Below, one piece after another: positions 8,407 to 13,246 of a DNA stretch of 13,246 nucleotides (its first letter is position 1; every line of letters starts with the position of its first letter). The notes below the pieces were generated by a model, which ran no database searches, was not told where the DNA came from, and saw only the letters and a list, made by a program, of their open reading frames with translations. Position numbers and translations under genes: made by a program. This DNA is from a virus (Duplodnaviria > Heunggongvirae > Uroviricota > Caudoviricetes): the IMG/VR virus record IMGVR_UViG_2541047805_000002. One strand, given 5' to 3'.

Positions 8407-9057
8407 ATGAGCCTGAGTCCCGCACGGCAGCATCGCCTGCGCGTTCAGGCTGAACAGGCCGCCCGTGAGGGCGGCAGTGTTCGCCACGCGTCGGGCTATG
8501 ACCTGATGCTGCTGCAGCTGGCGGAAGACCGCCGCCGTCTCAAGGGCGTTCAGTCCACGGTGAAAAAAGCGGAAATAAAGGTGGAGCTGCTGCCGAAATA
8601 TGCCGCCTGGGCGGAGGGCGTCCTGGCTGCCGGAGGCGCTCAACAGGATGACGTGCTGATGTACGTGATGCTGTGGCGCATTGATGCCGGAGATTATGCC
8701 GGGGCGCTGGAGATCGGGCGTCATGCCCTGCGTCATGGCTGGGTGATGCCTCTGGGTAACCGCAACGTGCAGACCGTGCTGGCAGAGGAAATGGCAGATG
8801 CAGCGCAGAGCGCAATGCTTGCCGCTACCGGCTTTGATGCCGATCTGTTGCTGCAGACGCTGGAGCTGACAGACGGTCTGGATATGCCGGACCAGTCACG
8901 GGCGCGTCTGCATAAAGCGATTGGCGCTGTCCTGAGTGAAAGCAATCCGGCTTCCGCCCTTAATCATCTCAACCATGCGTTACAGCTCGATCCCCGCTGT
9001 GGCGTGAAAAAAGACAAACAGCAGCTGGAGCGCAGACTGCGCAATGACAGCCGCTGA
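8407..9057 (+). CDS. Terminase small / endonuclease subunit gpM (216 aa)
   Basis: Similarity to P2 gpM by recall (…QDDVLMYVMLWRIDAGDYAGALEI…LELTDGLDMPD…); position N-M-L. Confidence 0.87.
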   Translation: MSLSPARQHRLRVQAEQAAREGGSVRHASGYDLMLLQLAEDRRRLKGVQSTVKKAEIKVELLPKYAAWAEGVLAAGGAQQDDVLMYVMLWRIDAGDYAGALEIGRHALRHGWVMPLGNRNVQTVLAEEMADAAQSAMLAATGFDADLLLQTLELTDGLDMPDQSRARLHKAIGAVLSESNPASALNHLNHALQLDPRCGVKKDKQQLERRLRNDSR

Positions 9058-9152
9058 CAGAACGTGCCCCCGCGCACGGGCGGCACGGGGTGGCGAAAGG
9101 CATAGCCACATCAAAATCCCGTCCACCGCCCTCTATTTCAGGAGAAAGCAGC

Positions 9153-9617
9153 ATGAAGTTTGTTGCGCCAGAACAGGCACCGGAACAGGCGGAAATCATC
9201 AGAAATACGCCGTTCTGGCCTGATGTGGACCTGTCGGAGTTTCGCAGCGTGATGCGCACTGACGGCACGGTGACGCAGCCGCGTTTAAAGCAGGTTGCCC
9301 TGTCGGCAATTTCGGAGGTCAACGCAGAGCTGTATGAGTTTCGCAGACGTCAGCAGATGCTGGGATATGCCTCGCTGGCAGAGGTTCCGGCGGAACAGCT
9401 GGACGGCAAAAGTGAGCGCATTCAGCACTATTTCAACGCGGTTTACTGCTGGGCACGCGCCATGCTCAACGAACGATACCAGGACTATGACGCCACGGCA
9501 TCCGGTGTGAAGCGGGGCGAAGAACTGGCAGAAGCCAGCGGTGATTTGTGGCGTGACGCCCGCTGGGCCATCAGCCGGGTACAGGATGCGCCGCACTGCA
9601 CAGTGGAGCTTATCTGA
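9153..9617 (+). CDS. Head completion/stabilization protein gpL (154 aa)
   Basis: ATG at 9153 with GGAGA 7 nt upstream, preferred over the track start at 9090. C-terminus ends …TVELI, as I recall for P2 gpL. Its stop overlaps the X start (ATGA). Confidence 0.83.
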   Translation: MKFVAPEQAPEQAEIIRNTPFWPDVDLSEFRSVMRTDGTVTQPRLKQVALSAISEVNAELYEFRRRQQMLGYASLAEVPAEQLDGKSERIQHYFNAVYCWARAMLNERYQDYDATASGVKRGEELAEASGDLWRDARWAISRVQDAPHCTVELI

Positions 9618-9820
9618 TGAAAGTGCGTGCGCATCAGTATGACACGGTGGACGCGCTTTGCTGGCGTCATTACGGGCGCACGCAGGGTGTCACGGAGCAG
9701 GTACTGAAGGCAAATCCGGGGCTTGCCGAATACGGCCCCTTTTTACCTCACGGGCTGCAGGTGGAGCTGCCGGACATTCCGACCACCACCACCGTGCAGA
9801 CCGTCCAGCTATGGGACTGA
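9617..9820 (+). CDS. Tail protein X (gpX, 67 aa)
   Basis: 67-aa ORF similar to P2 gpX by recall (…DTVDALCWRHYGRT…ANPGLAE…LPHG…VELPD…); translationally coupled to L. Confidence 0.85.
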   Translation: MKVRAHQYDTVDALCWRHYGRTQGVTEQVLKANPGLAEYGPFLPHGLQVELPDIPTTTTVQTVQLWD

Positions 9821-9823
9821 ATT

Positions 9824-10039
9824 ATGACGCTTGAGCGAATCAGCGCCTTTATCACGTATTGCATCGCCGTCGTGCTGGCCTGGCTGGGCGATTTGTCCAT
9901 CAAGGATGCCTCAACGCTGGGCGGCCTGATGATTGGTGTGCTGATGCTGGCTATCAACTGGTACTACAAACACAAAGCCTACCAGCTTCTGCGCGACGGG
10001 CAGATCTCGCGGGAGGACTATGAATCCATCAATCGTTAA
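9824..10039 (+). CDS. Putative class II holin, pinholin-like (71 aa)
   Basis: Two predicted transmembrane segments (ISAFITYCIAVVLAWLG and TLGGLMIGVLMLAINWYY) followed by a charged C-terminal tail; sits between X and the endolysin where the P2 holin Y lies; architecture resembles the phage 21 S21 pinholin. Confidence 0.6.
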   Translation: MTLERISAFITYCIAVVLAWLGDLSIKDASTLGGLMIGVLMLAINWYYKHKAYQLLRDGQISREDYESINR

Positions 10040-10373
10040 ACGCTGCCTTGTCGGGGCCGTGCTGGCTATTGCTGCCACGCTGCCGGGTTTTCAGCAGCTT
10101 CACACCTCCGTGGAGGGGCTGAAACTGATTGCCGATTACGAAGGTTGTCGTCTGCAGCCGTATCAGTGCAGCGCGGGTGTCTGGACCGACGGCATTGGTA
10201 ATACATCTGGCGTCATTCCAGGCAAAACCATTACGGAACGACAGGCAGCGGAAGGACTGATCTCCAACGTGCTGCGTGTGGAGCGGTCACTGGAAAGGTG
10301 TGTGAAGCAACAGCCACCGCAACCGGAGGCCCGGTATGACGCTTTATATCGGGATGAACAATACCAGCGGTAA
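10020..10373 (+). pseudogene. SAR-type endolysin (T4-lysozyme/P1 Lyz-like), truncated after about 100 residues
   Basis: N-terminal signal-anchor-like segment (KRCLVGAVLAIAATLPGF) followed by the lysozyme catalytic-region motif EGCRLQPYQCSAGVWTDGIGNT, which closely matches P1 Lyz by recall. The C-terminal lobe is missing; the ORF ends 37 nt into gene W. Confidence 0.75.
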
Positions 10374-10695
10374 AGCCATTACTGATATTGACCATCTGCG
10401 TCAGTCGGTGCGGGACATTCTACTGACACCGCAGGGTTGCCGCATTGCCCGTCGTGAATATGGTTCCCTGCTGTCGACACTGATAGACCAGCCACAAAAT
10501 CCGGCATTACGCCTGCAGGTCATGTCGGCAGTGTATGTGGCGCTGAGTCGCTGGGAGCCACGGCTGACGCTGGATTCCATCACCATTAAAAGCAATTTTG
10601 ACGGTTCAATGGTGGTGGGGCTGACCGGGCGGCGTAATAACGGTGTGCCTGTTTCCCTTTCCGTATCAACAGGAGCAGAGAATGGCAGTGATTGA
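10336..10695 (+). CDS. Baseplate assembly protein W (gpW, 119 aa)
   Basis: Similarity to P2 gpW along its length by recall (…YGSLL…IDQPQ…PAL…WEPR…FDG…LTG…); GGAGG 6 nt upstream of the ATG. Confidence 0.88.
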   Translation: MTLYIGMNNTSGKAITDIDHLRQSVRDILLTPQGCRIARREYGSLLSTLIDQPQNPALRLQVMSAVYVALSRWEPRLTLDSITIKSNFDGSMVVGLTGRRNNGVPVSLSVSTGAENGSD

Positions 10696-11590
10696 CCTTT
10701 CGCAGTTGCCTGCGCCGCAGATTGTCGATGTGCCGGACTTTGAGACGCTGCTTGCCGAACGCAAGGCCGAATTTGTTGTGCTTCATCCGAAAGATGAGCA
10801 GGAAGCCGTGATCCGCACGCTGGAACTGGAATCTGAACCCGTCACCAAATTGCTGCAGGAGAACGCTTACCGTGAGTTGCTTCTGCGCCAGCGCATTAAC
10901 GAAGCCGCGCAGGCTGTGATGGTGGCTTACGCGATGGGCGGCGATCTTGACCAGCTCGCTGCCAACTACAACGTGAAACGCCTGACGGTGACGCCTGCTG
11001 ATAATGACGCTGTGCCACCCGTTGCGGCTGTGATGGAAAGCGATGAAGCGTTACGCCTGCGTGTGCCTGCAGCCTTTGAAGGGCTTTCTGTTGCGGGGCC
11101 AACTGCCGCTTATGAATTTCATGCCCGAAGCGCCGACGGTCGGGTGGCGGATGCCAGTGCAACCAGTCCGGCACCTGCAGAGGTGGTACTGACTGTCCTG
11201 AGTCGTGAAGGCGACGGAACAGCAGAAAAAGACTTGCTGGATGTGGTGGAGAAAGCCCTGAACAGTGAGAACGTCCGCCCGGTGGCTGACCGTCTGACGG
11301 TTCGCAGCGCAGAAATCATCCCGTACCGTGTGGAAGCTACCATTTTTCTTTATCCGGGACCGGAAGCAGAGCCGGTAATGGCAGCGGCAAAAGTCAGCCT
11401 GCAGAGGTACATCGCCAGTCAGACGCGGCTCGGTCGGGATATTCGCCGTAGTGCTATTTTTGCCGCGCTGCATGTTGAGGGTGTTCAACGTGTGGAGCTG
11501 GCTTCACCGCTGGCTGATGTGGTCCTGAACAAAACGCAGGCGGCATCATGTACGCAGTGGAGCGTGACCAACGGGGGAACGGATGAATAG
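10682..11590 (+). CDS. Baseplate assembly protein J (gpJ, 302 aa)
   Basis: ATG at 10682 with AGGAG upstream, preferred over the track start at 10643. Called as P2 gpJ-family baseplate protein from its length and its W-J-I-H position. Confidence 0.87.
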   Translation: MAVIDLSQLPAPQIVDVPDFETLLAERKAEFVVLHPKDEQEAVIRTLELESEPVTKLLQENAYRELLLRQRINEAAQAVMVAYAMGGDLDQLAANYNVKRLTVTPADNDAVPPVAAVMESDEALRLRVPAAFEGLSVAGPTAAYEFHARSADGRVADASATSPAPAEVVLTVLSREGDGTAEKDLLDVVEKALNSENVRPVADRLTVRSAEIIPYRVEATIFLYPGPEAEPVMAAAKVSLQRYIASQTRLGRDIRRSAIFAALHVEGVQRVELASPLADVVLNKTQAASCTQWSVTNGGTDE

Positions 11591-12188
11591 TCTGCTGCCA
11601 CCGGGTTCAACGCCACTGGAGCGCCGACTGGCGCAAACCTGTAGCGGGATTTCTGATCTGCAGGTGTCACTGCGTGACTTGTGGAATCCGGCAACCTGTC
11701 CGGTCAGTTTCCTGCCTTATCTCGCCTGGGCGTTCTCTGTGGATCGCTGGGACGAGGGCTGGACAGAAAGCGTCAAACGCCAGGTAGTGAAGGATGCTTT
11801 TTATATTCATCAGCACAAAGGAACCACCAGTGCCGTACGGCGGGTGGTGGAGCCGTTCGGCTTCCTGATCCGCATTATTGAGTGGTGGCAGACCGGAGAA
11901 ACACCGGGCACGTTTCGTCTGGACATTGGTGTGCAGGACCAGGGCATCACTGAAGATACCTATCTGGAACTTGAGCGACTGATAAGCGATGCCAAACCAT
12001 GTAGCCGTCACATGATCGGCATGTCCATCAATCTGCAGACCAGCGGCCCGCATTGGGTGGGAGCCGCCAGTTATCTTGGCGAAGAAATCACGATCTATCC
12101 GTATATCAACGAAACAATTATTTCCGGCGGCACCGCGCATGAAGGCGGGGCGGTCCATGTTATTGACACAATGAGAGTGAATCCATGA
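11583..12188 (+). CDS. Baseplate/tail protein I (gpI, 201 aa)
   Basis: Assigned from its position between J and H and from 8-nt overlap with the J stop; consistent with P2 gpI-family proteins. Confidence 0.83.
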   Translation: MNSLLPPGSTPLERRLAQTCSGISDLQVSLRDLWNPATCPVSFLPYLAWAFSVDRWDEGWTESVKRQVVKDAFYIHQHKGTTSAVRRVVEPFGFLIRIIEWWQTGETPGTFRLDIGVQDQGITEDTYLELERLISDAKPCSRHMIGMSINLQTSGPHWVGAASYLGEEITIYPYINETIISGGTAHEGGAVHVIDTMRVNP

Positions 12189-13246
12189 GCACAAAATTTT
12201 ATACCCTGCTGACGGATATTGGCGCGGCGAAACTTGCCAGCGCCGCCGCGCTCGGTGTGCCGCTAAAAATTACCCATATGGCGGTGGGCGATGGCGGCGG
12301 AGCATTGCCGACGCCGGACGCAAAGCAGACTGCACTGGTAAATGAGAAACGCCGGGCTGCGCTGAATATGCTCTATATCGACCCGCAGAACAGCAGCCAG
12401 ATTATTGCTGAACAGGTGATCCCTGAAAATGAGGGTGGTTGGTGGATACGTGAAGTGGGTCTGTTTGATGAGTCCGGGGCATTGATTGCCGTAGGCAACT
12501 GCCCGGAAAGCTATAAGCCGCAACTGGCTGAAGGCAGCGGGCGCACCCAGACCGTGCGCATGGTGTTGATTACCAGCAGCACGGACAATATCACCCTGAA
12601 AATCGACCCTGCCGTCGTGCTGGCAACCCGCAAGTATGTGGATGACAAGGTACTGGAGCTGAAGGTGTTCGTGGATGATAAGATGGCAAAACATCTTGCC
12701 GCACCGGACCCGCATTCACAGTATGCACCCAAAGAAAGCCCGACATTGACCGGAACACCCAAAGCGCCAACGCCAGCGGAGGGGAATAACACCACGCAGA
12801 TTGCGACCACCGCGTTTGTTCAGGCGGCACTGATGGCCCTTATTAATGGTGCGCCAGCCACACTGGATACGCTGAAAGAAATTGCCGCTGCCATTAATAA
12901 TGACCCGAAATTCAGTACCACTATTAACAATGCGCTGGCACTGAAAGCGCCGCTGTCAAGTCCGGCACTCACCGGAACGCCAACAGCCCCCACTGCCGCA
13001 CAGTCGGTTAACAATACACAGATTGCCACTACGGCTTTTGTGAAATCGGCGATTGCGGCAATGGTGGGTTCTGCACCTGCGGCACTGGATACACTGAACG
13101 AACTGGCGGCGGCGCTGGGGAATGACCCGAACTTTGCCACGACAATGCTTAATGCACTGGCAGGTAAACAACCGCTGGACAATACGCTGACTAATTTGAG
13201 TGGAAAGGATGTAGCTGGTCTTCTCGCATACCTTGGTTTGGGAGAA
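12185..13246 (+). CDS. Tail fibre protein H (gpH), 5' partial: 354 codons, runs off the window end
   Basis: Absent from the ORF track because there is no stop in the window. ATG at 12185 overlaps the I stop (ATGA). The N-terminal region (MSTKFYTLLTDIGAAKLASAAALGVPLKITHMAVGDGGGALP…) resembles P2 gpH by recall, followed by fibre-type repeats. Confidence 0.85.
   Translation, partial: MSTKFYTLLTDIGAAKLASAAALGVPLKITHMAVGDGGGALPTPDAKQTALVNEKRRAALNMLYIDPQNSSQIIAEQVIPENEGGWWIREVGLFDESGALIAVGNCPESYKPQLAEGSGRTQTVRMVLITSSTDNITLKIDPAVVLATRKYVDDKVLELKVFVDDKMAKHLAAPDPHSQYAPKESPTLTGTPKAPTPAEGNNTTQIATTAFVQAALMALINGAPATLDTLKEIAAAINNDPKFSTTINNALALKAPLSSPALTGTPTAPTAAQSVNNTQIATTAFVKSAIAAMVGSAPAALDTLNELAAALGNDPNFATTMLNALAGKQPLDNTLTNLSGKDVAGLLAYLGLGE
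12737..13180 (+). repeat. Two tandem divergent repeats of about 222 nt (74 aa) inside tail-fibre gene H
   Basis: Protein repeat units start at H residues 185 and 259: SPTLTGTPKAPTPAEGNNTTQIATTAFVQAALMALINGAPATLDTLKEIAAAINNDPKFSTTINNALALKAPLS versus SPALTGTPTAPTAAQSVNNTQIATTAFVKSAIAAMVGSAPAALDTLNELAAALGNDPNFATTMLNALAGKQPLD. Confidence 0.7.

Larger units (their letters stand above)
2777..13246. mobile_element. Rearranged, defective P2-like prophage; left boundary approximate, continues past the window end
   Basis: Contiguous block of P2-family structural, lysis and regulatory genes beside the grxA-ybjM-ybjL backbone. The left junction lies somewhere in 2621-2855 and cannot be fixed without an empty-site comparison. 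Confidence 0.85.

Noticed and set aside
6798-9670. Minus-strand ORFs (6798..7253, 6848..7243, 7225..7887, 8254..8736, 8540..8815, 8733..8945, 8969..9322, 9285..9596, 9485..9670) overlapping O, N, M and L
   Set aside because: Antisense shadow ORFs inside well-supported capsid and terminase genes; no independent evidence of coding.
10317-10373. Weak resemblance of the lysozyme ORF tail (QPEARYDAL) to the P1 Lyz segment MPDNAFSAM, which would put the deletion junction after 10350
   Set aside because: That would conflict with gpW being intact from its own ATG at 10336 with a native RBS; the resemblance is short and probably chance, so the junction is placed upstream of about 10335.
10401-13182. 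Minus-strand ORFs (for example 11051..11488, 11667..12194, 12263..12715, 12511..12810, 12820..13182) overlapping W, J, I and H
   Set aside because: Antisense to the baseplate and tail-fibre genes; the Ala/Ser-rich translations of the last two are simply the reverse-frame reading of the H repeat region.
1-13246. Search for tRNA/rRNA genes, CRISPR repeats, integrase, toxin-antitoxin pairs or a defence-system cassette
   Set aside because: Every ORF of meaningful size is accounted for by host backbone or P2-family genes and no regularly spaced direct repeats or tRNA-like structures were seen; the known P2 accessory hotspots are not inside this window.

Overview
The window has two parts. Positions 1-2776 are Escherichia-type chromosomal backbone: grxA (glutaredoxin 1), ybjM and ybjL, in the same relative arrangement I recall for E. 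coli K-12. From about 2.8 kb to the window end is a P2-like (Peduovirinae-type) prophage that is rearranged and almost certainly defective. Reading left to right it contains ogr(-), D(-), U(-), a C-terminal fragment of tape-measure T(-) fused directly to an N-terminal fragment of the large terminase P(-), then the divergent late operon O, N, M, L, X, holin, a truncated SAR endolysin, W, J, I and the 5' half of tail-fibre H (all +). Two structural lesions are visible in the sequence: a T'/'P fusion near 5680 that is best explained by one inversion with breakpoints inside T and P, and a deletion joining the truncated endolysin to gene W (lysA/lysB/R/S/V absent). I found no tRNA, rRNA, CRISPR array or obvious defence/toxin cassette in this window, and I do not claim a novel system. 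All homology calls are from reading the translations against remembered P2, P1 and lambdoid protein sequences; no database search was run.
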